This document shows positions 9,020-18,614 of a stretch of DNA of 64,000 nucleotides, piece after piece. Each line of letters starts with the position of its first letter. The stretch's first letter is position 1. Source of the stretch: Spirochaetia bacterium (GTDB lineage: Bacteria; Spirochaetota; Spirochaetia; SZUA-6; Bin103); NCBI GenBank assembly GCA_965203055.1, contig OZ241863.1:1568001-1632000 (forward strand). Reading direction: 5' to 3'. Made by a program: the position numbers and the translations under genes. The notes below the pieces were generated by a model. The model had not been told where the DNA came from and ran no database searches. It saw nothing but the letters and a program-made list of their open reading frames with translations.

Positions 9020-9511
9020 TCAGCGGCCGGTGGCGGAGCCAAGGCCCATGGCCCGCCGCCAGGCCGCCAACTGGCCCAGATGGTTGGCCTCGTGCGAGGT
9101 CATCAACGGCACGACGTAGTCGCCGACGGTAGGGAACCGCTGCCGCGCCTTCGGGTTGGGGTGCGGCTGCGCGAGCTGCTCCTCGTCAGCCGCGGCCACC
9201 GCCGCCGCCACCCGCTCGTGCTGCGCGGTGAGCTGATCCACAAGCTGCTGCCTGGAGGGATAGTCGGCGGCGTTGCCGCTGGGGGTGCCGCCGGGCCGGC
9301 TGGCCTCGCGCCACGCCTCGGGAAAGGTGGACTCCTGACCTAGCACCTGGGCCAGGTTGTCGGCCACCGCCGCCAGATGGCCCAACGTCCAGGCCGGGTG
9401 ATTGATCACTCCGCCGGGCTGTTGAACCATCTGCTCGTCGCTGAGGTCCTGCACCTGCAGCCCCGCGACCTTGAGGTTCATCGCGTAGGTGCGCAGCACG
9501 TATTGCAACAT
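9020..9511 (-). CDS. DinB-family protein
   Basis: NHPAWTLGHL and HEANHLGQL motifs; GGAG precedes the ATG at 9511. Confidence 0.85.
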   Translation of the reverse strand: MLQYVLRTYAMNLKVAGLQVQDLSDEQMVQQPGGVINHPAWTLGHLAAVADNLAQVLGQESTFPEAWREASRPGGTPSGNAADYPSRQQLVDQLTAQHERVAAAVAAADEEQLAQPHPNPKARQRFPTVGDYVVPLMTSHEANHLGQLAAWRRAMGLGSATGR

Positions 9512-9580
9512 GAGGTCTCCTTGTATCGAGTATCGAGAGTAGAGAACGTTGCGGACAATATACCGCGATTCCGCGCGAGC

Positions 9581-9609
9581 TTGCACGGAGCGTCATGCCG
9601 GTGCATGCT
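9581..9609 (+). promoter_or_regulatory. Putative sigma70 promoter (leaderless) for the Gfo/Idh/MocA gene
   Basis: TTGCAC, 17 nt spacer, CATGCT, 7 nt, then ATG at 9617. Confidence 0.45.
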
Positions 9610-9616
9610 GCCGGCC

Positions 9617-10747
9617 ATGGCACTACTTCGGGCCGCGGTCATTGGACTGGGGCGGATCGGCAGCACCTTCGACGACGAGATCACCCGCGGCGGCACGTTC
9701 TTCCTTCCCTACTGTCACGCGCCGGCGTACGCGGAGTCGCCGCTGGTGGAACTGGTCGCGGGCGCGGATCTCAATGCGCAGCAACGCGCGTGGTTCGCGG
9801 AGCGCTGGGGACTGGGCGAGGAGCACGTCTACGCCGATTACCGGGAGATGCTGCAACGCGAGCAGCCGGACTTGGTCAGCGTGTGCACCAGCGCGCGGCC
9901 GCGCGCCGCCATCATCGAGGCGGTGGCGCGGGCCGGCGTGCGCGGCATCTGGGCGGAAAAGCCGATCGCGGTGAGCCTGGCGGAGGCGGATTCCCTGCTG
10001 CAGGTGTGCCGGGAACACGGCACCAAGGTAGCGGTCAACTGCCACCGGCGCTGGAACGCACTGTTCAGGGAGCTCAAGCGCATGCTCGACGCCGGCGAGT
10101 TCGGCCGGCTGCAACAGATCACCGTGCACGGCACCTTCGGCTTGTCCAGCAACGGCAGCCACATGCTCGACACGATGAATTTCCTGGCCGGGAGCCACGT
10201 CGAGTGGGTGTTCGGCGAAATGGAGTCGGATGCCGCCGCCGCCGGCGACGACGATCTGCAGGGCAACGGCTACCTGGCGTACGCCAACGGAGTGCGCGGG
10301 TTCGTACGCAGCATGCCCAGCGGCGCCGCGTTCACCTCATTCGACGTCATTGGCGAGCAGGCGCGCGCCTCAACCGGCGACGACGGGATGAGCTGGCGGC
10401 TGGTACGGCGCGTACCGGGCGACGTCGAGCGGCCCAGCATGCGGCCGCTCTCCAACCGCTTCAGGGGCGCGTTGCCGGTGGAGTATCCGTTTCCGCTGCC
10501 CAACCGCCTCCAGGCCAGCGGGCTGGCCATCGTCGAAGATCTGGCGGCGTGCATCGCCGGCGGCGGTACCCCGCAGTGCTCCGCCGAAGATGCCCGGGCC
10601 GCGCTGGAGATCGCGCTGGCGCTGCGCGAATCGCACCGCCGCGCCGGCCAGCGGGTGAGCCTGCCGCTCGCCGACCGCCGGTTGCGGCTGGTCTCCGGCG
10701 ACACCTTCCAGGACCACACCCCGGCCCGCCTGCGCCCCCGCAAGTAG
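9617..10747 (+). CDS. Gfo/Idh/MocA-family oxidoreductase
   Basis: AAVIGLGRIG Rossmann motif, PDLVSVCT, WAEKP, GSHMLD. Confidence 0.92.
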   Translation: MALLRAAVIGLGRIGSTFDDEITRGGTFFLPYCHAPAYAESPLVELVAGADLNAQQRAWFAERWGLGEEHVYADYREMLQREQPDLVSVCTSARPRAAIIEAVARAGVRGIWAEKPIAVSLAEADSLLQVCREHGTKVAVNCHRRWNALFRELKRMLDAGEFGRLQQITVHGTFGLSSNGSHMLDTMNFLAGSHVEWVFGEMESDAAAAGDDDLQGNGYLAYANGVRGFVRSMPSGAAFTSFDVIGEQARASTGDDGMSWRLVRRVPGDVERPSMRPLSNRFRGALPVEYPFPLPNRLQASGLAIVEDLAACIAGGGTPQCSAEDARAALEIALALRESHRRAGQRVSLPLADRRLRLVSGDTFQDHTPARLRPRK

Positions 10748-10775
10748 GCAAGCAGGCAAGCAGGCCGCGGGGGCG

Positions 10776-11777
10776 TTACGCCGGGGGTGGCAGCGATTGC
10801 AACCCGGCCGCGGCCAGGATGGTTTCCTGCACCGCCAGCTCGTGGGCAAAGCTGCGGTCCGGCGGCTGCTCGCCGCGAATCGTGGCCAGGAACGCGCGCA
10901 GGCTCTCGACGTAGCGCGGACGGTTGGTCACCGCCACCTCCTGCCAACCCGCGCCGTAGCCGTCGCGGGCGCGGTCGAGGCACAAGCGCAGCCGGGGCGG
11001 CTCCAGCGGCTCCAGAATGGCGCTGCCGCGGGTGCCGTACACCTCCAGCCGGCGCGCTGCCAGCGGGTCCACCTCGGCGGCCACCGACTCGACTACCGCC
11101 AGCGCCGCAGGATATTCCAGCACCGCCGCGGTGTTGTCGCGGTACCACCGATACTCGGCGCTGTGCTGCCGGGCAAACGGCGTCACCCGGTGCGGGCGCC
11201 CCAGCAACGCCACCACGATGTCGATCACGTGACCGGCCAGAATGAACATGATGCCGCCGGCGCGTTCGCCGCGCGAGTCCCAGCGCTGCCAGTTGTCGGG
11301 ACTCGACGGACGGGTCGAAATACGCGCCCGCACCGAAAGAATCGCGCCCAGCTTGCCGGCGGCCGCCCAATCGATGATGAACTGGAAGCCCGCGTTGTAG
11401 CGAAACATGTAGCCGAGCTGCAGGTGGAGCTTGCGCTCCGCGGCCAGATCGAGCAGCGCGGCGAACGCCTCCAGGTCGTCGCCGGCGGGCTTGTCCAGCC
11501 ACACGTGCTTGCCATGCTCCAGGCAGGCGCGGGCGAACGCCAGGTTCTCCGCCACCCGTCCCTCCACCGCAACCGCCTCGATCGTGGGGTCCTCGAGCAT
11601 CTCTTCGGGGGTGGCGTACCAGTGGGCGCCGGCGTAGGGGGGAGCCGCGCCGAGCGTGGTCCGCAACTGCTCTGACGGTTCGCATACGCCGGCCAACTCC
11701 ACCGCGTCACTCGCGCGCATCACGCGCGCCTTGCCGGCGGCATGATCGTGGCCGATGCCGTACTGTGCCATTCGCAT
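10776..11777 (-). CDS. Gfo/Idh/MocA-family oxidoreductase
   Basis: MRMAQYGIGHDHA, HVWLDKP, GYMFRY, GHVID. The longer ORF-track version runs antisense through the next gene. Confidence 0.9.
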   Translation of the reverse strand: MRMAQYGIGHDHAAGKARVMRASDAVELAGVCEPSEQLRTTLGAAPPYAGAHWYATPEEMLEDPTIEAVAVEGRVAENLAFARACLEHGKHVWLDKPAGDDLEAFAALLDLAAERKLHLQLGYMFRYNAGFQFIIDWAAAGKLGAILSVRARISTRPSSPDNWQRWDSRGERAGGIMFILAGHVIDIVVALLGRPHRVTPFARQHSAEYRWYRDNTAAVLEYPAALAVVESVAAEVDPLAARRLEVYGTRGSAILEPLEPPRLRLCLDRARDGYGAGWQEVAVTNRPRYVESLRAFLATIRGEQPPDRSFAHELAVQETILAAAGLQSLPPPA

Positions 11778-11846
11778 CTCTTGATTATAAACCATGCGCG
11801 GGTAAGATGGCGTACACCGAAACCGCTCCCAAGCGAGGAGGTCGCC

Positions 11847-12797
11847 ATGCCCAAGACCAGCGGTCAAGCTCCCTTCGCGTTCTCGCTGTGCGAGGACCTG
11901 TACACCCTGCCGGAAGCGGCCCGGGCCTGCGAGGTGAACCTCCACGGCGGCTTTGCCGTGGACCCGAACCCCGGCGGGCGCATCTACTACGGGATGCCGG
12001 GCTGCGGTCTGATGTCCATTGCGCACGACCTGCGCAGCCAGGAGATCATCGAGCTGCCCTCCGATCTGAAGCCGGTCAACTTCCACGCCACCACCATGAT
12101 GGAGTTCGACGGCAAGCGGCGGCTGGTGCTGCCGGCCAACAACGACGCCAAGGTGGTGGTGATCGGCCTGGACGGTACCGTGGATTACGTGCTCGCGCGG
12201 CCCGAGTTCGACGAATACCGGGACTCCGAGACGCCGTTCAACCCCACCGACGCCGCCTACGCCGCCGGGACCCTCTACGTAGCCGACGGTTACGGCGCCA
12301 ACTACATCTCCACCGCCGACCCGCGGCGCCGCACGTGGCAGGAGCTGTTCGGAGGCAAGACCGACGACCCCTCGGCCAAGGGATTGTTCGGCACCGCCCA
12401 CGGCTTGGCGGCCCACCCGGACGGCCATCATCTGACGATCGCCGACCGCCCGCATGCCCGCTTCCAGCACTTCAATCACGGCGGCCACTTCCATTCGGCG
12501 CATCCCATTCCGCACGGTTCCAAGCCGTGCGGCATCGACTTTCTGCGTAGCGGCGAGCGCTGGTACGCCCTGGTCGGCAGCCTCGACGATCCGCAGGAGG
12601 GGAGGGCGGCGCCGATCTACGTCCTGGACGCCATCACCTACCAGGTGGTGTCTACCGTGCGCCCCAAGGAGGAACTGGGCGTGGAGCTGGCCGATCACAT
12701 TCACAACGCGGTGTGGTACCGGAACGCCGGCCATCTCTATCTGATCTGCCAGGCGTGGAATCCCGGCCACTACTTCGTGCTGGTTCAGGAAGGGTAG
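11847..12797 (+). CDS. NHL-repeat beta-propeller protein (peptidylglycine lyase-like)
   Basis: PTDAA..LYVADGYG, TAHGL, IADR; GAGGAGG RBS before the ATG at 11847. Confidence 0.75.
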   Translation: MPKTSGQAPFAFSLCEDLYTLPEAARACEVNLHGGFAVDPNPGGRIYYGMPGCGLMSIAHDLRSQEIIELPSDLKPVNFHATTMMEFDGKRRLVLPANNDAKVVVIGLDGTVDYVLARPEFDEYRDSETPFNPTDAAYAAGTLYVADGYGANYISTADPRRRTWQELFGGKTDDPSAKGLFGTAHGLAAHPDGHHLTIADRPHARFQHFNHGGHFHSAHPIPHGSKPCGIDFLRSGERWYALVGSLDDPQEGRAAPIYVLDAITYQVVSTVRPKEELGVELADHIHNAVWYRNAGHLYLICQAWNPGHYFVLVQEG

Positions 12798-12827
12798 CGC
12801 TTGGCGGCCGGAATTGCCCTCCCGGCT

Positions 12828-13535
12828 TCACCACTCCGCGCTCAACCTGCCTCCGCCGGCCGGCGCCGCCGCGGGCGTAACGGCGTCGGCCTCGTCGTAG
12901 GCATGATGGTTGACGCGCGGCGTCACCCGATATCTGCGCAGCGGCGCCTGGCTCGGGCGCAGCAGGGCGCGCAACGCTTCCGGCGGCGTAGCCGCGTCGA
13001 GCCACGGCTCCCACTCGGCGGCGGACAGCAGGGCCGGCATCCGCTCGTGGAGCTCGGCCACCGGCGCGCGCGCCGGCACCGTAATGATGGTGCAACTCGG
13101 TATCGGAGGGTGAGCATCTCGCTGCCACCGGTCGTGCAGTCCGGCGAAGGCCATCGGGCCGTCCGCGTCGAGGGTGAAGTAACAGGGTTGGCGCAGGCTC
13201 CCCTCGCGTTGCCATTCGAAGAAGCCGCTGGCCGGTACCAGGCAGCGGCTGCGCGCAAACGGGCGCCGAAACACGGGCCGCGCCGCCACGCTCTCCGCGC
13301 GCGCGTTGATGAGCGGCGCGCGGCGTTCGTCGGGCGCGGACCACGCGGCCGGCACCAGGCCCCAACGCACCAGCCGCAGGCGCCGCGCGCCGCCTTCGGC
13401 GACGATTATCGGAACCTCCTGGGTAGGCGCGATGTTGTAGCGCGGCACCGGCGGCGGGGAGGCGGCGTCACGCTCGACGCCGTAGGCGGCGAGCAACTCG
13501 TCGGCGTCAGCAGCCAGTGCGTAGCGGCCGCACAT
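12828..13535 (-). CDS. SOS response-associated peptidase (SRAP/YedK/HMCES family)
   Basis: MCGRY N-terminus, RYNIAPTQ, WGLVP, INARAES, GFFEW, HERMP. Confidence 0.95.
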   Translation of the reverse strand: MCGRYALAADADELLAAYGVERDAASPPPVPRYNIAPTQEVPIIVAEGGARRLRLVRWGLVPAAWSAPDERRAPLINARAESVAARPVFRRPFARSRCLVPASGFFEWQREGSLRQPCYFTLDADGPMAFAGLHDRWQRDAHPPIPSCTIITVPARAPVAELHERMPALLSAAEWEPWLDAATPPEALRALLRPSQAPLRRYRVTPRVNHHAYDEADAVTPAAAPAGGGRLSAEW

Positions 13536-13664
13536 GGCGCCAGTGTGGCGCAGGCCGCGCCGGGCGGTCAAACTTCACCGCCCGGCGCCGCGGACCGATA
13601 AACAGAGGGTGAGGCCCAGCATGCGAGGTACGCCGGCGCGCGCCGCTCCCGCGGTGGTTCGCCG

Positions 13665-14645
13665 GTGAACGCCAAGCGCACCGCGGCCCAGGTACCTCAG
13701 GCCCGCCTGGTGGTGTTCCTGGTGACGATGATCGTGGTGCTCACCGGAATCCTCGTCGGTCTCCTGCTGCGGCCGCCGCAATCCGGCGCCGGCGAAGGCG
13801 CTGCGGCGGCGCGGCGGCCGGCCGCGCCGAGCCGCGCGGCCCTGCCAATGGGGCCGGAGTTCGAGCCGCCGGCGCCGCGTTCCGAACCATCCCCCGCGCC
13901 CCCGCGGTCACCTGCCAAGGGGCCGCAGTTGGCTATCGTGATCGACGACGCCGGCAACAACTTGCAGGAACTGGACCCGTTTCTGCGCTTCCCGGCGCCC
14001 CTGACCTTCGCCGTTCTCCCGCAACTCCGCCACTCCGCGGGAGCGGCCGAGCTGGTGCGTTCCCACGGTCACGAAGTGATTCTGCACCTGCCGATGGCCG
14101 CGGTCAGCGGCCTCTATCCCGGCCCCGGAACCATCTCCGCGGAACTCTCCGACGCCGAGATTCGGTACCTTCTGGAGCGCAACTTCGCCTCCATTGCCGG
14201 AGCGGAGGGCACCAACAACCACATGGGCTCGGCCGGCACTTCGGATCCGCGCGTCATGGATACGGTGATGGCGCACCTTGCGGCGCTGGACAAGTTCTTC
14301 GTCGACAGCCGGACCACGCCCACCAGCGTGGCCGCTCCCTATGCCGCCAAGTACGGCGTCCCGTTCATGCAGCGCGACGTGTTTCTGGACCATGACCGCG
14401 ACCCGCAGGCGATCCGCGCGGCGCTGCAGGACGGACTCGAGGTCGCCCGGACGCAGGGCCACGCGGTGTTGATCGGCCACGCCTCGGTGGCCGCGGTGGC
14501 CGAGGCGCTGTTCGAGGTGGTTCCCTACCTCGAACGCCACGGCTACGAGGTGGTGCCGTTGTCCGCGCTGTTCCCTCCCGGCGGCGCCGACCGGCTCGCC
14601 AACCGGGCCGGCGGCGGGCTGCGCGGCGCCGCTGCCGGCCCGTGA
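13665..14645 (+). CDS. Divergent polysaccharide deacetylase (YibQ-like), membrane anchored
   Basis: N-terminal TM helix and Pro-rich linker; IVIDD, HLPM, NNHMGS, DSRT, RDVFLD, IGH. Confidence 0.92.
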   Translation: MNAKRTAAQVPQARLVVFLVTMIVVLTGILVGLLLRPPQSGAGEGAAAARRPAAPSRAALPMGPEFEPPAPRSEPSPAPPRSPAKGPQLAIVIDDAGNNLQELDPFLRFPAPLTFAVLPQLRHSAGAAELVRSHGHEVILHLPMAAVSGLYPGPGTISAELSDAEIRYLLERNFASIAGAEGTNNHMGSAGTSDPRVMDTVMAHLAALDKFFVDSRTTPTSVAAPYAAKYGVPFMQRDVFLDHDRDPQAIRAALQDGLEVARTQGHAVLIGHASVAAVAEALFEVVPYLERHGYEVVPLSALFPPGGADRLANRAGGGLRGAAAGP

Positions 14646-15652
14646 CCGTTCTCGGCATCGAGACCTCCTGCGACGAGTGCGCCGCGGCGGTGGTGGTCGA
14701 CGGCGTCGAGCTGCGCAGCAACGTAGTCTACTCCCAGATCGAGGAACATCGCCGCTATCAGGGCGTGGTCCCCGAAATCGCCAGCCGCAAGCACGTGGAG
14801 TGGATCGATGGGGTAGTCGCGCACGCGCTGCGCGCCGCCGCCGTCGACCTGGATAAGATAGACGCGGTGGCGGTGACCACCCGTCCGGGTCTGATCGGCT
14901 CGCTGCTGGTAGGACTCTCGTATGCCAAGGGGCTGGCGTTGGCGCGCGAGCTGCCGTTGATCGCGGTGGATCACGTCCAGGCCCATCTCTACGCCCCGCA
15001 CATGGAGCGCGATCTCTCCTATCCCTATATCGGGCTGCTGTTGTCGGGCGGGCACACGCTGATCGCCGAAGTGCGCGCCTTCGACCGCATCGAGGTGCTC
15101 GGAGCTACCATCGACGACGCCTGCGGCGAGGCGTTCGACAAGGTGGCCAAGTACTTCGCCATGGGCTATCCCGGCGGCGTCGCCATCCAGCGGCTGGCCG
15201 CCGGCGGCGAGGCCGCGGCGTACCGCTTTCCCCGCCCGTCGCTGCGCAAGGGAGATCACCGCTTCGACGTCTCTTATTCGGGACTCAAGACCGCGGTGAT
15301 CCATCAGCGGGAGCAGTTTCGCGATCCCGCGTATCCGGCCACGCCGGCCAACCTGGCGGCCGCCTTTCAGCAGACCGCGGTCGACATCGTGGTGGACAAG
15401 GCGCTCCTGGCCAGCCGCGAGACCGGCATCGACTGCGTGGTCGCCGCCGGCGGGGTGGCCGCCAACACCTACCTGCGCCGGCGCCTGGACCGGGAACCGG
15501 TGCGTACCGTGTACCCCAGCCTGGCGCTGTGCACCGACAACGCGGCGATGATCGCCGGTCTCGGCTACCATCTGCTCGCCCGCGGCGAGCGCAGCACGCT
15601 TGAGGTCAGCGCCCGCGCGCGGGTAGGGGAGTTCCGCGCCCGCTACCCCTGA
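14642..15652 (+). CDS. tsaD: tRNA N6-adenosine threonylcarbamoyltransferase
   Basis: LGIETSCDE, VVPEIASRKH, HxxxH, SGGHT, GEAFDK, TDNAAMI. Confidence 0.97.
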   Translation: MTVLGIETSCDECAAAVVVDGVELRSNVVYSQIEEHRRYQGVVPEIASRKHVEWIDGVVAHALRAAAVDLDKIDAVAVTTRPGLIGSLLVGLSYAKGLALARELPLIAVDHVQAHLYAPHMERDLSYPYIGLLLSGGHTLIAEVRAFDRIEVLGATIDDACGEAFDKVAKYFAMGYPGGVAIQRLAAGGEAAAYRFPRPSLRKGDHRFDVSYSGLKTAVIHQREQFRDPAYPATPANLAAAFQQTAVDIVVDKALLASRETGIDCVVAAGGVAANTYLRRRLDREPVRTVYPSLALCTDNAAMIAGLGYHLLARGERSTLEVSARARVGEFRARYP

Positions 15653-15689
15653 CCGGTCGGCCGGCGGCGGCGCGCGCAACCGCGCCCCC

Positions 15690-16619
15690 TCAGTGCTCCC
15701 GCGCCGCCTCCCGCGCCCACGCCAGGTGCTGCACCGAGATGTCGTTGGGCACCGTGCAGCCGGCGCCGATCATGAACCCGGCGTCGCCCATCTCAGCCAG
15801 CGCAGCGCCCACCTCGGCGGCGATCGCGTCCCGCGGCCCGTCCACGATGGGGCCGCGCTCGTCGAGGCCGCCGATGATCGGCCGCTGGAACAAAGCGCGG
15901 CCCTCGCTCAGGCTCGGGTTGTCGTTCTGCGGCGCCCAGTTGACCGTGTGGCCGGGATAGTCGCGGAAGTCCTCCAGGCGCAGCCCGCGCCCGCACACGT
16001 GCAGGACGTTGCAGGTCGCGCCGGCCGCGGTCGCCGCCTCCAGCACCGTCAGGTCGTGCGGCTTGAGGTAGGCGGCGTGCTCCTCGGCGGTGAAGCGGTC
16101 GCCGTCGCCGCCTTGCGCCGAGAAGTAGATGCCGGCGGCGCCCGCTTCGATGCAGGCCGCGGCGAACCCGGCCAGGCTCGCGGCGATGGCCGCCAGCCCG
16201 GCCGACACCGCCTCCGGGTCCGCCTTGAGGTGCTCGGTGACCCTGTTGCCGCTGATCTTGTTGCCGGTGGCATAGGGGTTGAAGATGGTGCTGGCCATCA
16301 GCACCTCGCCGCCCAGCGTGTCCACCAGCTCGCGCAGGCCGCTGAGCTGCGCCTGATACGCGGCCGATGACTGCGGCGCCGGCTCCAGCCGGCGCCAATC
16401 CGCTGGCGATTCGATAGCGTCGACGCCGACCGGCTCGTAGCCGTTGTCGTTCATCACCTTCAACAGATCCGGGTCGGCGGCGCGGTAGTAGTCGAGGTGC
16501 GCCTGGGCCATCGCGTGCCCGGCGGCGTTGGCGGCAGGGAAGTGAAACCAGAATCCGGCCGGCACCCGGTCCGGGCGTTCACCTCGCAGCATCGCCTGCA
16601 TGCGTTCGATCTTGTTCAT
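15690..16619 (-). CDS. Uroporphyrinogen decarboxylase-like (UroD/MetE superfamily) protein
   Basis: PDRVPAGFWFHF, LHVCG, IIGGLD, IGAGC. Confidence 0.8.
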   Translation of the reverse strand: MNKIERMQAMLRGERPDRVPAGFWFHFPAANAAGHAMAQAHLDYYRAADPDLLKVMNDNGYEPVGVDAIESPADWRRLEPAPQSSAAYQAQLSGLRELVDTLGGEVLMASTIFNPYATGNKISGNRVTEHLKADPEAVSAGLAAIAASLAGFAAACIEAGAAGIYFSAQGGDGDRFTAEEHAAYLKPHDLTVLEAATAAGATCNVLHVCGRGLRLEDFRDYPGHTVNWAPQNDNPSLSEGRALFQRPIIGGLDERGPIVDGPRDAIAAEVGAALAEMGDAGFMIGAGCTVPNDISVQHLAWAREAAREH

Positions 16620-16676
16620 CGCCGGCCAGCATAGCACAAGCCCCGCGAGCGGCGTAACTCCGGCCGAGTACTCGCC

Positions 16677-16970
16677 ATGCCTCGGCGCCCGCAAGTAGAC
16701 AGAATATACATTATCGGAAGTCGTGTGAACGGAGAGGTCGCCTCACATCGCCAGTTCGCCGCCCGCCGCGGTCTGCCGTTTCCGCTGGTCAGCGACGCCG
16801 GAAACGCGGTGCGGCGGCGCTACGGCGCGGTCGCCGGGTTGCTGCCGACCGGACGGGTCACCTATCTGATAGATGAGGATGGCGTGGTACGCGATATCTT
16901 CTCGTCGCTGTTCCAGCCGCTGGAGCATGTCCGCCGCGCCCGCGCCTGGGCCGCCGCGGTCACTCGTTGA
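16677..16970 (+). pseudogene. Bcp/peroxiredoxin C-terminal fragment lacking the catalytic N-terminus
   Basis: SHRQFAARRGLPFPLVSD and RVTYLIDEDGVVR match the Bcp C-terminal half; the ORF has no Cys. Confidence 0.65.
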
Positions 16971-17229
16971 GACGCGCCAGGATCCAGATCAGCGCGATTG
17001 CGCAGAATCCCGCGGCAAACAGGTTGACGCTGTTGAAGCGCGCCAGCCGTTCGATCACCCCGGTGAGCAACTGATCCAGCACCCCGCCGAGCACGGCGCC
17101 GATCAGGCCGACGATGAGCGCCCCCCAGAAGTCGCCGGGCACGCGCCGCCGCAGGATGACGTGCCAGAAGACGGCTGCCGCCAGTCCGACGGTAAGGTAG
17201 GTCAGGCCAACGTCGAGGTACTGGAACAC
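16960..17229 (-). CDS. Small three-helix membrane protein (GlsB/YeaQ/YmgE-like)
   Basis: Hydrophobic; ALIVGLIGAVLGG motif; last gene of the rpsA run. Confidence 0.7.
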   Translation of the reverse strand: MFQYLDVGLTYLTVGLAAAVFWHVILRRRVPGDFWGALIVGLIGAVLGGVLDQLLTGVIERLARFNSVNLFAAGFCAIALIWILARLNE

Positions 17230-17237
17230 GCGCGCGG

Positions 17238-17894
17238 CTACGGAAACTCGACGTCGATCGAGCCCAGGTAGAGCGGCTCGCTGAACTGTTCCCGGCTGAC
17301 GTCGCGGCTGTAGGAGAGCACGTAGAGCTGCAGTTGGAACCGCCCCCCCGGGCAGCCGCCGGCAAGCGCCGGCGCCGCCGCCACGTCGGCGTGCCCCTTC
17401 TGAAACCGGTCGCAGGTGAATGGCTCATAGGTGCCGTCGCTGCCCACCACGCCGCGGCGCAGAACGATCCTGGGGCCTCCGTTCACGGCAGCATGCGGGC
17501 CGTTGACTTCGCCGATACCGGCGAAGTCAACGGTAACACGCGCCGCGCGCGTTACCTCGAGCAGCGGCCGGTCGGCCACGTCGATCGCATCCCGGTCGCC
17601 TTCCTTTGCCAGCCGCACGAACCGCCTGGCGCGTAGCTGAGCGCGGTCCCGGAGGTTGATATCGGTCTCGGGTCCTGGCGCGGAGAATCGGTAGTGGATC
17701 TCGTAGCCGAATGCCGCCGTCCCGCCCTCGGGTTTCGTACCGGAGAAGCTGAACCTGTCAGAAGCGTCGGAGGCGGAGGGGTCAGTTGGCTTCGGCGGCG
17801 GCACCGACGGGCCGTCGGGCAGGCCGCAGCCGGCGAGAGCGCCGGCCAGCAGCGCCGCGAGCAACAAGCCGGACCGCCCCCGGAAGTGCCCCAA
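17238..17894 (-). CDS. Hypothetical lipoprotein
   Basis: Signal peptide with lipobox LAGC; tightly packed between its neighbours. Confidence 0.7.
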   Translation of the reverse strand: MGHFRGRSGLLLAALLAGALAGCGLPDGPSVPPPKPTDPSASDASDRFSFSGTKPEGGTAAFGYEIHYRFSAPGPETDINLRDRAQLRARRFVRLAKEGDRDAIDVADRPLLEVTRAARVTVDFAGIGEVNGPHAAVNGGPRIVLRRGVVGSDGTYEPFTCDRFQKGHADVAAAPALAGGCPGGRFQLQLYVLSYSRDVSREQFSEPLYLGSIDVEFP

Positions 17895-17900
17895 GCTCCC

Positions 17901-18602
17901 CTACTCTGCCGCCAGTTGGCCCTGGGTCTCCAATGTAATGAGGCGGTTGCGCGCCGCCGCGGCCCAGCGGCTGCCGCCATGCTCCCCGGTCAAGCGATCG
18001 TAGGTGGCTTCCGCGGCAGCATAATCGCCGCGCTGCTCAGCCATGCGGGCGAGCGAGAACAGGGCGCGCGGGACCAGCAGGGTGCCGCCCCACTGCTCCA
18101 CCACACGTTGCAGGTGCTCCTGCGCTGCCTCCGGTTGGCCCGCCTCCTCGCGTGCCACTGCGGCGTTGAAGATGCTCAGCGGCGCCAGATAGCTGTCCGG
18201 CCAGCGCGCGGCCACTTCCTGCCAGTCGGCCACCGCGGCATCCCATTGCTGCAGCTCGAACCGGTACCGGGCGCGCACGTACAATGCTCGCTGGGCGGCA
18301 TAGCGCCGCGGGAACTGCCGCAGGATCTGTTCCACGTCGTCCAGCAGCTCCTCGGCCAGGTTGGTCTTGCGGGTCCCCTCCGCCACCCCCTGCCAGGTCT
18401 CGTACCGTTCCTGCAGGCGTTCGGCGCGCAACGCCGAGCTCTCCTCCACCCGGCGTTCCCGTTCCGCCCAGGCCAGCCAGATGATCAGCGCCGCCAGCAC
18501 CACGCCGGCGGCCACCAGCAGCGCCACCCGGTAACGTTCGACGAACGCGGAAACTACGGCCGCCGGTCCCGGCGCGCCGCCGGAGGACAGGGCGCTACTC
18601 AT
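17901..18602 (-). CDS. Membrane-anchored TPR protein (YfgM-like)
   Basis: N-terminal TM helix followed by TPR repeats (WPDSYLAPLSIFNAA, RALFSLAR). Confidence 0.8.
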   Translation of the reverse strand: MSSALSSGGAPGPAAVVSAFVERYRVALLVAAGVVLAALIIWLAWAERERRVEESSALRAERLQERYETWQGVAEGTRKTNLAEELLDDVEQILRQFPRRYAAQRALYVRARYRFELQQWDAAVADWQEVAARWPDSYLAPLSIFNAAVAREEAGQPEAAQEHLQRVVEQWGGTLLVPRALFSLARMAEQRGDYAAAEATYDRLTGEHGGSRWAAAARNRLITLETQGQLAAE

Positions 18603-18614
18603 CGGCGTTACCCA

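Noticed and set aside
7235..9343. 702-aa + strand ORF
   Set aside because: Antisense to the phosphomutase and DinB genes; no recognisable domain.
11778..12770. N-terminal extension making a 664-aa oxidoreductase
   Set aside because: Shadow of the NHL gene; the real start at 11777 has a TATAAT just upstream.
16620..16730. Selenocysteine read-through explaining the short peroxiredoxin
   Set aside because: No nearby in-frame TGA and no space for the missing N-terminal domain.
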